Source of the DNA: Larkinella terrae
GTDB taxonomy: Bacteria; Bacteroidota; Bacteroidia; Cytophagales; Spirosomataceae
Assembly: GCF_009668025.1 (NCBI RefSeq)
Contig: NZ_WJXZ01000001.1
Span: 663,004-687,003 of the forward strand
Length of the DNA stretch: 24,000 bases
Direction of reading: 5' to 3'
Made by a program: the position numbers and the translations under genes. The notes under the pieces were generated by a model. It saw nothing but the letters and a program-made list of their open reading frames with translations, had not been told where the DNA came from and ran no database searches. Shown piece after piece: positions 1 to 6,427 of this stretch (positions are counted from its first letter, which is position 1; each line of letters begins with the position of its first letter).

Positions 1-104
1 GCTTGTAAAAGCCTTTCTGCAATCGCTCTTCCGGCGCCTTTTGTACCTCCGGTTACCAAGGCAATCTTGCCTGATAATTCATTATTGAAATTAAACTGTT
101 CCAT
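1..104 (-). CDS. SDR-family oxidoreductase, N-terminal fragment (gene runs off the window start)
   Basis: The reverse complement of 1..104 reads MEQFNFNNELSGKIALVTGGTKGAGRAIAERLLQ. The ATG is at 104..102 and is followed by the Rossmann TGGxxGxG motif. It is missing from the ORF track because it has no stop in the window. It is divergent from an HxlR regulator, a common pairing. Confidence 0.75.
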   Translation of the reverse strand, partial: MEQFNFNNELSGKIALVTGGTKGAGRAIAERLLQ

Positions 105-246
105 TTTATTGACCCACTTTTAAGAATTAACTATGGGGCAAAATTGGAGTATAAAAGAAGGTAAGACAAGTACGGCATTACGATTCATATAGGGATAAGT
201 TTTTCCCCTATTGCACAAACCGGGACATACATATTAATTTTGCAAT

Positions 247-633
247 ATGTATGAGCGAAAAATAATACCGAACTTGAATTGTGGACTTGACCTGATCGGT
301 GAGGTACTTTACGGCAAATGGAAGATACGTTTGCTTTGGTTTATTAATGAGGGATATAAAAGACCAAGTGAGTTGCAGCGTAAAATACCGGATGCCTCAC
401 GCAGGGTTTTGAATATTCAATTGAAAGAATTGGAAGAACACGAACTGGTTACGAGAAAAATTTATCCCGTTGTCCCGCCCAAAGTAGAATACAGCCTTAC
501 CGAATTTGGTAAGACGTTAATTCCCGTGATTGCTGCATTAGGTCAATGGAGTGATGAACACGAAACCCGTTTGCGGAATGTGATTTTGAAACAAATTGTA
601 GGTTCTGATTTGGATGTACCCCTGATTAATTAA
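247..633 (+). CDS. HxlR-family (MarR-like winged-helix) transcriptional regulator
   Basis: 128-aa ORF. LYGKWKIRLLWFI...RPSELQRKIPDASRRVLNIQLKELEEHELVTRKIYPVVPPKVEYSLTEFG is the typical HxlR HTH/wing signature. It is divergent from an SDR gene. Confidence 0.85.
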   Translation: MYERKIIPNLNCGLDLIGEVLYGKWKIRLLWFINEGYKRPSELQRKIPDASRRVLNIQLKELEEHELVTRKIYPVVPPKVEYSLTEFGKTLIPVIAALGQWSDEHETRLRNVILKQIVGSDLDVPLIN

Positions 634-683
634 TCTGTTCATCAACGGTGGTCCATTGGCAGCAGGGAGACGGCACAAACTTT

Positions 684-766
684 GTCTCACAGAACGCCCC
701 ATTTTTGGAGCATATTCATAGCGCCTGTTCCTTCGTTTCAGAATATGAAGCGTTTTCTGAGAAAGT
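684..766 (+). repeat. Intergenic repeat, copy A (about 80 nt; core 697..755)
   Basis: Core ccccatttttggagcatattcatagcgcctgttccttcgtttcagaatatgaagcgtttt aligns without gaps to copies at 3650..3708 and 5669..5727. By hand count it is 48/59 identical to copy C. It lies between the convergent genes hxlR and araC-like. The flanks gtctcac...ctgagaaag are imperfectly inverted. Confidence 0.8.
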
Positions 767-871
767 CCCTTGTAATATTAGAGTTGATTAGTTTAATCCC
801 TGGCTAACTCAATACGTAGCATACGTTCTTGCTTTGTCAACCTAATAAATTGTTGGCTAGAAAGGAAGTTG

Positions 872-1699
872 TCAATGAAAGCATTTAGAAAAAAAATCCT
901 CTACCTCATTCATGCTATTTTTATAACTGGAAGGTGAACGGCCGGAAAAGGCCACGAATTCTTTGATAAAGTGGGCCTGATCGTAATAATCTACATTGAC
1001 CAACCCAGTTTGCCATCTCCAATCCGGTTTTTCAAGCAGTTGGTTGCGGACTCGTTGAAACCGCTGAATACGAAGGTACGTTTTAGGGGAAATGCCCAGT
1101 TGCTCTTTAAAATGACGCAAGAGCGTACTCTCGCTGCAATAAAGTTGTTTAATGAGCTTATCAATCAATACCGATTCGGGTTCTTGCTGAATGAGTTGTT
1201 CAAACCCCTCTACCAACCCCGCCTTTGTGGGTTTGCTGTTGATGTGCCGAAGTAAAAATTTTTCCGTCAGACCAAACCGTTGGGCCGTTGTCTGGGCTTC
1301 ACCTAATTGGTTATATAATCGAAGGGCTTCTGGCCCAATAACCGCCTGTAAATCATAGAGTGCAGTATCCGACAAATTGATGGCATACAAGGGGATTTGC
1401 CACATTCGATGAAAACCAGTGAGGGTAAACTCTACGCCAATATGTAAATGAGTCCCTTCCAGGATATTGGTAACGGGCTGCGTGAGGGGCGTAATCAAAT
1501 TTGTGGCATTCGCCTGAATAAGTTTATCACCCCGTTTTGTTTTGAACGGGGGCTTCAGATTAAACATGAAGTGAGTAGTGGCGGTACAACAGTCAGGCTG
1601 ATGGATCACTTCACCCATCGGTACGTCCATTTCAAACTCCCAAATTCGGTTAACAAAGGGCCTTAGCAGGGGACTAAAGGGATATTCAACGTACTTCAT
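872..1699 (-). CDS. AraC-family transcriptional regulator
   Basis: 275-aa ORF with a C-terminal double HTH: STLLRHFKEQLGISPKTYLRIQRFQRV and YYDQAHFIKEFVAFSGRSPSSY. The two + strand ORFs inside it (971..1255, 1448..1666) are antisense shadows. Confidence 0.85.
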   Translation of the reverse strand: MKYVEYPFSPLLRPFVNRIWEFEMDVPMGEVIHQPDCCTATTHFMFNLKPPFKTKRGDKLIQANATNLITPLTQPVTNILEGTHLHIGVEFTLTGFHRMWQIPLYAINLSDTALYDLQAVIGPEALRLYNQLGEAQTTAQRFGLTEKFLLRHINSKPTKAGLVEGFEQLIQQEPESVLIDKLIKQLYCSESTLLRHFKEQLGISPKTYLRIQRFQRVRNQLLEKPDWRWQTGLVNVDYYDQAHFIKEFVAFSGRSPSSYKNSMNEVEDFFSKCFH

Positions 1700-2069
1700 A
1701 TCCAGTTGCTTAGCTATTTTTCGAAAGACTAATATGGCCTTTTTAAGATAAATATGGAAATGGTTCAGCGTAAAAATTTTAACCGTTATTCATGGCTCAT
1801 TCGCCAGAAACTTCAATTCTTTTTTAGGGATGAATTGAGTGAATAGTTATTGGGTGGCCTAAGCTTTCAGTCAGTATTTCCCCCTTCATGCAGCCCCTAA
1901 GAATGCTGGTGTATTATCGGTTTCCCCAATTCTGCCGGAACGAAATTGACGTTTTTTTACAATACCAGAGGATACCACCGATTTAACTTTACATCGCCCT
2001 GATTATGGTGCTGTTAATCTACGCACAAGCCGAACAAAAGGGCACAGTTTCACCTAGTGTACATGAAAA

Positions 2070-3389
2070 ATGAACCGATCTACCCTCCCCCAACGCTTCG
2101 TGCGATCCTCCATTTGCTTACTCGTTTGTCTCCAATTGGTAAGTTCCTGCCAGGATCACCGCCCGCTTACCCCTTCGGTCTTACCGGCCGACGTAGCCCA
2201 TGCCTGGATGCAGATGCATATCCGGCTGACTCTGAGCACCACCGGCTACAATTCCATCGTTTCCAACCGCTCGTTTGGCTATGCAGGTATTACTATGTAT
2301 GAAGCTGTACTCCCCGGCATTGAAGGCAGCACGTCCCTGCTGGCCCAGATTGGCGGAAATTCCCTAACGCCCAGCAAAAGTTCCGAGCAGTACTATTGGC
2401 CCGAAAGCCTCAATGCAGCGATGGCCAGCCTGACCAGGCAGTTCTTTGAAAGTACATCGGCGGCTAACCTGAAAAGCATCGATTCGCTGGAAACAGCCTA
2501 TAAGGCTCATTTTCAAGTCGCTACCAGTCCTGAAAAACTATTGAATGCCGAGACATACGGTCGGCAGGTAGCTGATGCGATCTTTGAGTGGTCTAAAACG
2601 GATGGTGGCCATCAGGCTTATAAAAATGTGATTGACCCCACCTACACCTCCCCGGTCGGGCCTGGCTTTTGGGTGCCTACGCCCACGGCATCCCCCATTT
2701 TACCACACTGGGGTAACAACCGGACGTTTATTGCCAACAGTGCCGTCAGTTCGCAGCCTGGGCCTCCTACCGCTTACTCCGAAGACCCCGGTTCTGCTTT
2801 CTATGCGATGGTAAACGAGGTCTATATGACTTCACAATCGCTCACCAAAACGGATACGATCACGGCGAGGTTTTGGGCCGATACGCCGGGCAATCTGAAT
2901 GTTCCAGCCCACGCCACCAACATTTTGTCCCAACTTTTGGTAACGACCAACCAGGACTTGTTCAAAGCCGCAGCTGCCTATGCCCGGCATGGCATTGCTC
3001 TGAGCGACGCAGCCGTCTCGACCCTCAAAACAAAGTACACCTATAATCTGCTTCGGCCATTCACTTACATCCGAAACGTGCTGAAAAAGAGCACCTGGAA
3101 CCCCGTCATTCCAACTCCGCCCCACCCCGAGTATTCGGCCGCTCACGCGGTGGTATCGGCAGCCAGTGCGGCCGTACTGGAAAAGCTGTTTGGTGACGGC
3201 TACAAGTTTAGTGACAACAGCTATGCATCGAGTTATGGTGTTCGGTCCTACAATACGTTTCAGGAGTATGCCCAGGAAGCGGGCCGTTCTCGGCTGCTGG
3301 GCGGTATTCATTACGGCCCATCCATTAGCACGGGGCTGACCCAGGGAGCTAAAGTTGGTACGATGGTTAATCAACTGACGATTAAATAG
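2070..3389 (+). CDS. PAP2-superfamily, vanadium-dependent haloperoxidase-like lipoprotein
   Basis: 439-aa ORF. The N-terminus has a lipobox-type signal (LLVCLQLVSSC). It carries the PAP2/vHPO motifs K-x6-RP (KYTYNLLRP), HPEYSAAH (a PSGH-type motif) and SRLLGGIHY (SRxxxxxH, without the acid-phosphatase HxxxD aspartate). Confidence 0.65.
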   Translation: MNRSTLPQRFVRSSICLLVCLQLVSSCQDHRPLTPSVLPADVAHAWMQMHIRLTLSTTGYNSIVSNRSFGYAGITMYEAVLPGIEGSTSLLAQIGGNSLTPSKSSEQYYWPESLNAAMASLTRQFFESTSAANLKSIDSLETAYKAHFQVATSPEKLLNAETYGRQVADAIFEWSKTDGGHQAYKNVIDPTYTSPVGPGFWVPTPTASPILPHWGNNRTFIANSAVSSQPGPPTAYSEDPGSAFYAMVNEVYMTSQSLTKTDTITARFWADTPGNLNVPAHATNILSQLLVTTNQDLFKAAAAYARHGIALSDAAVSTLKTKYTYNLLRPFTYIRNVLKKSTWNPVIPTPPHPEYSAAHAVVSAASAAVLEKLFGDGYKFSDNSYASSYGVRSYNTFQEYAQEAGRSRLLGGIHYGPSISTGLTQGAKVGTMVNQLTIK

Positions 3390-3635
3390 CCAGCCAGGCT
3401 ATCCCCGCCAGATGACCGTTTGGGAGACCATTGCTGGAGGGTGACTTTGAGAGTATGCCGTTGGGTACCTATGCTAGCTGCTTTTGCCAGACCTACCTCC
3501 TCTAATTAAGGGAAAAAATCCGGTTCAACAGCGATGCCAAATCCGGCTATGAGTTGTCTAAACTGCACTTCATAAACTCCAGCTTTAATGCCAGTGCATT
3601 ATGCAAGCCAAAGCACAAAATTTCCGGCTATACAC

Positions 3636-3716
3636 TGTTTCACGAAACACCCCATTTTTGAACCATAGTCATAGTGCCTATTCTTTCATCTCAGCATATG
3701 GAGCTTTTAAGAGACC
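3636..3716 (+). repeat. Intergenic repeat, copy B (core 3650..3708)
   Basis: Core ccccatttttgaaccatagtcatagtgcctattctttcatctcagcatatggagctttt is 51/59 identical to copy C by hand count. It has the same orientation as copies A and C and lies between convergent genes. Confidence 0.8.
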
Positions 3717-3773
3717 AAAGTAAAAGCAGGGATCAGACGAATGCCTGAACCCTGTTAAATGGCATCTCTACTT

Positions 3774-4070
3774 CTACAACGGAATTTCGAAAACCATATC
3801 TTGTGTTGGACGAAATGCTTGAATCTGTTGGGCAATTGGAGAAAGGCTAGCCAGTTCCCTGACGAACCGTTGAAAATGCTCGGCAGATTCCCAGCTAGCA
3901 TAATTGATCAAAACAGTTCCTACCTCATTTTGATGAATTTTGGCGGATATAAACCCTGGAAAGCGGCTGACTTCTTTTTCAAAAAAATCCCGGATAAGGG
4001 AAATCAGTGTATCAAGTTCGCCATCTTTCAGCTCAAACCGGACAATTACATTTAGCGGTTTATTTTTCAT
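3774..4070 (-). CDS. Antibiotic-biosynthesis-monooxygenase (ABM) domain protein
   Basis: 98-aa ORF. VIVRFELKDGELDTLISLIRDFFEKEVSRFPGFISAKIHQNE...INYASWESAEHFQRFV fits the small ferredoxin-like ABM fold. It sits 53 nt downstream of the SDR gene on the same strand. The equal-length + strand ORF 3759..4055 has no recognisable features. Confidence 0.7.
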   Translation of the reverse strand: MKNKPLNVIVRFELKDGELDTLISLIRDFFEKEVSRFPGFISAKIHQNEVGTVLINYASWESAEHFQRFVRELASLSPIAQQIQAFRPTQDMVFEIPL

Positions 4071-4123
4071 GGTTCACCAGGTCAAAGAGTGTACTAATTG
4101 TGTTTACTCAATAGAAGTGTCAA

Positions 4124-4885
4124 TTAAACCAGATCGCCAAAACCGCCCGTGACAAAATGATCATGTCCAGTAACGTAGGAAGCCCGCTCTGAAACCAGAA
4201 AGGCAATCATCTCGGCCATTTCCTGGGCCGTACCCACCCGGCGAAGAGGTATTGCCCCAAATAGTTGGTCTACTGTGATACCCATGCCGGTGGCTAGTAA
4301 TTCCCGGCCTTCATCTCCTCCCTCTGTTTTGATGGCACCAGGCGTGACCAGGTTGACCCGTACCCCAGCAGGGGCCAGCTCTCTGGCCAGTGACCCTGTA
4401 TAACTATCCAAAGCGGCTTTAGCCGCTCCATAATGGGCCAAAAAACCATGAAAGGGCAGCTGGCCTCCGGCCGATATGTTCACAATGGCCCCCGAACCAC
4501 TTTGCCGAAGGGCTCCTAACAAGGGCTTTGTTACCCGAACGGCGCTCATAAAGTTGATCATCAGCGAGTCCAGCCAGTCCTCATCGGTAATCGACTCAAT
4601 GCCGGGCAGGATGGGCGAAGTAGCTCCCACATTATTAACCAGAATATCCAAGCCACCCAGAATGCTTAATGCTTCCTGGGCGATAGCCGATGCGCCAGAT
4701 AAGGTTCTGACATCACCTTGAATGAAGGTTGCCCCGGTGGGCGTCTGTTCGTGCCAAGAGCGGGCCGCAACAGCGACAGTAGCTCCACCATCAAGTAAGC
4801 GCTGCGCCGTGGCTGCTCCAATGCCCTTTGAACCGCCGGTAATCAGGGCTTTTTTGCCTTCGAATTCAGTCTTGTAATCGTTCAT
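4124..4885 (-). CDS. SDR-family NAD(P)-dependent oxidoreductase
   Basis: 253-aa ORF with a TGGSKGIG cofactor motif at the N-terminus and the catalytic YGAAKAAL (YxxxK) motif. Confidence 0.9.
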   Translation of the reverse strand: MNDYKTEFEGKKALITGGSKGIGAATAQRLLDGGATVAVAARSWHEQTPTGATFIQGDVRTLSGASAIAQEALSILGGLDILVNNVGATSPILPGIESITDEDWLDSLMINFMSAVRVTKPLLGALRQSGSGAIVNISAGGQLPFHGFLAHYGAAKAALDSYTGSLARELAPAGVRVNLVTPGAIKTEGGDEGRELLATGMGITVDQLFGAIPLRRVGTAQEMAEMIAFLVSERASYVTGHDHFVTGGFGDLV

Positions 4886-4970
4886 GCTGATCTGGTTTAG
4901 CCCGTTTAAAATTAACGCAGCAAAGTTCAGCCAATGCCTTGACGTGGCCTGTGAAGTAGCTTACTAAATG

Positions 4971-4990
4971 AATGTGAACTAGTTCACATT
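4971..4990. promoter_or_regulatory. Perfect 20-bp palindrome containing an exact CRP-type site TGTGA-N6-TCACA
   Basis: aatgtgaactagttcacatt is fully self-complementary. It lies 3 nt past the stop of the Crp/Fnr-family gene (4994) and about 95 nt upstream of the SDR ATG (4885). A degenerate half-related site, tgtgaagtagcttact, lies just beside it at about 4950..4965. Confidence 0.6.
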
Positions 4991-4993
4991 CGG

Positions 4994-5599
4994 TTACTTG
5001 CGCTTATCCGGCATCGCTTTTTGCTGGCGGATTTTGGAAAGAAATTCTCGGCTCATGCCCAGGTAGGAGGCAATGATGTAAAGCGGTATTCGCTGAAGCA
5101 GCAGGGGATGATTTTGAGCAAATTCGTCGTAGCGTTCTTCCGCCGTCAGGCTTAACTGAGCGATGACTCGTCGTTGAATGTTCAAGGCAATCAATTGCGC
5201 TCGTCGCATCATGGCGACTGAAAACTGGGGTATTTTATCCAGTAATAGCTGTTCATGCTCATAACTCCACTGAATAATGGTACTTTCTTCCAAGGCTTCC
5301 ACAAACAAGGTTGCTGGCTCCTGCAACAGGAAGCTGCCGGGGTCACCAATCATCCCATCATCAATGGCTAATGAAAGTGTATGCTCCTGACCATCAGCGC
5401 CCACAACATAAGCTCGGAACGCCCCTGCCACCACAAAGGTGCGGTGGGTAGAGATGAATCCAGGTTGCTCAATGTACTGTTTACGTTTGACCTTTTTTAT
5501 GCGAAGCATGGAAGTGAACAATTTCTGGTCTTGTTCGGTGAAGGTGATGTGCTGAGCAATGTGGTGAAGGATCGACGAGAAATCGGGCGTATTTTCCAT
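4994..5599 (-). CDS. Crp/Fnr-family transcriptional regulator
   Basis: It has a cNMP-binding-like N-terminal domain and a C-terminal HTH (IIASYLGMSREFLSKIRQQ). I place the start at the internal ATG at 5599 (MENTPDFSSILHHI...). The track ORF start at 5674 would read through intergenic repeat copy C. Confidence 0.85.
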   Translation of the reverse strand: MENTPDFSSILHHIAQHITFTEQDQKLFTSMLRIKKVKRKQYIEQPGFISTHRTFVVAGAFRAYVVGADGQEHTLSLAIDDGMIGDPGSFLLQEPATLFVEALEESTIIQWSYEHEQLLLDKIPQFSVAMMRRAQLIALNIQRRVIAQLSLTAEERYDEFAQNHPLLLQRIPLYIIASYLGMSREFLSKIRQQKAMPDKRK

Positions 5600-5653
5600 A
5601 ATCAAGGGAGCGATTGATCTGTTAGGAGAACGAATGGGTCCGTTGAAATCGTA

Positions 5654-5738
5654 CCGTCTCGTTAAAGGCCCCATTTTTGAAGTAAATTCATAGTACCTAT
5701 TCCTTCATCTAAGAATATGGAGCTTTTTTGTGAGACGA
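5654..5738 (+). repeat. Intergenic repeat, copy C (core 5669..5727)
   Basis: Core ccccatttttgaagtaaattcatagtacctattccttcatctaagaatatggagctttt. It is flanked by the inverted hexamers cgtctc (5656..5661) and gagacg (5733..5738). It lies about 55 nt upstream of the Crp ATG. Confidence 0.8.
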
Positions 5739-5815
5739 TTAGCTATTAACAACTGGCAACTTCGGTTAATAACATACGAACGGCTCAATTTGACCTGCGT
5801 CACGATGGTAGGGCT

Positions 5816-5850
5816 AATGATCAGACCGAAAATAGGTCTGATCATTTTGT
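5816..5850 (+). terminator. Strong hairpin with a short T-tract (orphan terminator-like element)
   Basis: aatgatcagacc (5816..5827) and ggtctgatcatt (5835..5846) form a perfect 12-bp stem with a 7-nt loop. On the + strand the stem runs into TTTTGT. On the - strand it is followed by AGCCC, with no U-tract. No + strand gene lies upstream. Confidence 0.35.
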
Positions 5851-5935
5851 CGAAAGTCGATATAAAGCTTCGGATACTGTAAATAGAATCAGCGATGAGC
5901 CCCGGGTTCCTGACGAATCGATAGGTATACAAACC

Positions 5936-5965
5936 AGCAGGCTCGGTTTAAAAACCGAGCCTGCT
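5936..5965 (-). terminator. Rho-independent-type terminator hairpin downstream of the 94-aa gene (could act in both directions)
   Basis: agcaggctcggt-ttaaaa-accgagcctgct gives a 12-14 bp perfect stem. It is 35 nt past the stop at 6000. It is followed by GGTTTGTAT on the - strand and TTTATTT on the + strand. Confidence 0.6.
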
Positions 5966-5999
5966 TTATTTACCGCTATTTGACTAACTCACTGATTTC

Positions 6000-6284
6000 C
6001 TACTGATGCAATGGCTCAGTGATTGAAACCGGGTTCGCTTCGGCTTTATAAAGTCTTGCCTGATAACCGTCACTTAGACCGACAGCTATCCATAAAATAT
6101 CGCCTACAGTGAACTCTACACCGGAGAAAAAACCATATTCGGGTGTTCGAAACAGATTCTCGCCGTGAGGTATTAGCCGAAACCACTCTTGGTCACCCCT
6201 CTCATTAAATTCATGCGTAGCGACATATTGCAAGACATCCCCTCGTGTAAGGGTCGGAATGGGATTGTTTACTTGGCTAGCCAT
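6000..6284 (-). CDS. Hypothetical protein (94 aa, no recognisable family)
   Basis: It is an intact ORF with an ATG, its own AT-rich upstream region (6285..6427) and its own terminator hairpin. I recognise no motif. Confidence 0.5.
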   Translation of the reverse strand: MASQVNNPIPTLTRGDVLQYVATHEFNERGDQEWFRLIPHGENLFRTPEYGFFSGVEFTVGDILWIAVGLSDGYQARLYKAEANPVSITEPLHQ

Positions 6285-6427
6285 AACTGTATTATTTAAA
6301 GAAATTATTTATCTATATAACGAAATGGGAGCATCAAAACGTTCAAAAAGTGTATAAAAATGGGTGACATTTTCAGATATGATTTAGCTGATGGTCATCA
6401 TACGGCTCCAGTGGTTTTCAGGATTTG

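Noticed and set aside
2832-3374. 180-aa minus-strand ORF, plus small + strand ORFs 2057..2302 and 2632..2814, within the PAP2/vHPO-like gene
   Set aside because: They are shadow or alternative-frame ORFs. Only the 2070..3389 frame carries the PAP2 motifs and lipoprotein signal.
5600-5674. N-terminal 25-residue extension of the Crp ORF (track start at 5674)
   Set aside because: The extension reads through intergenic repeat copy C and has no homology-like features. The internal ATG at 5599 gives a normal-length Crp-family protein.
5705-5932. 75-aa minus-strand ORF
   Set aside because: It overlaps the edge of repeat copy C and the 12-bp hairpin at 5816..5846. It is AT-rich, has odd composition and carries no motif, so it is probably non-coding.
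6000-6284. The idea that the 94-aa ORF downstream of the ATP-grasp gene is a RiPP (graspetide/microviridin-type) precursor
   Set aside because: It has no repeated Thr/Ser-Asp/Glu-Lys core motif and no leader/core organisation. It is separated by a 143-nt AT-rich gap with its own terminator. The ATP-grasp is fused to NRDE rather than resembling small RiPP ligases. I kept it only as a hypothetical protein.
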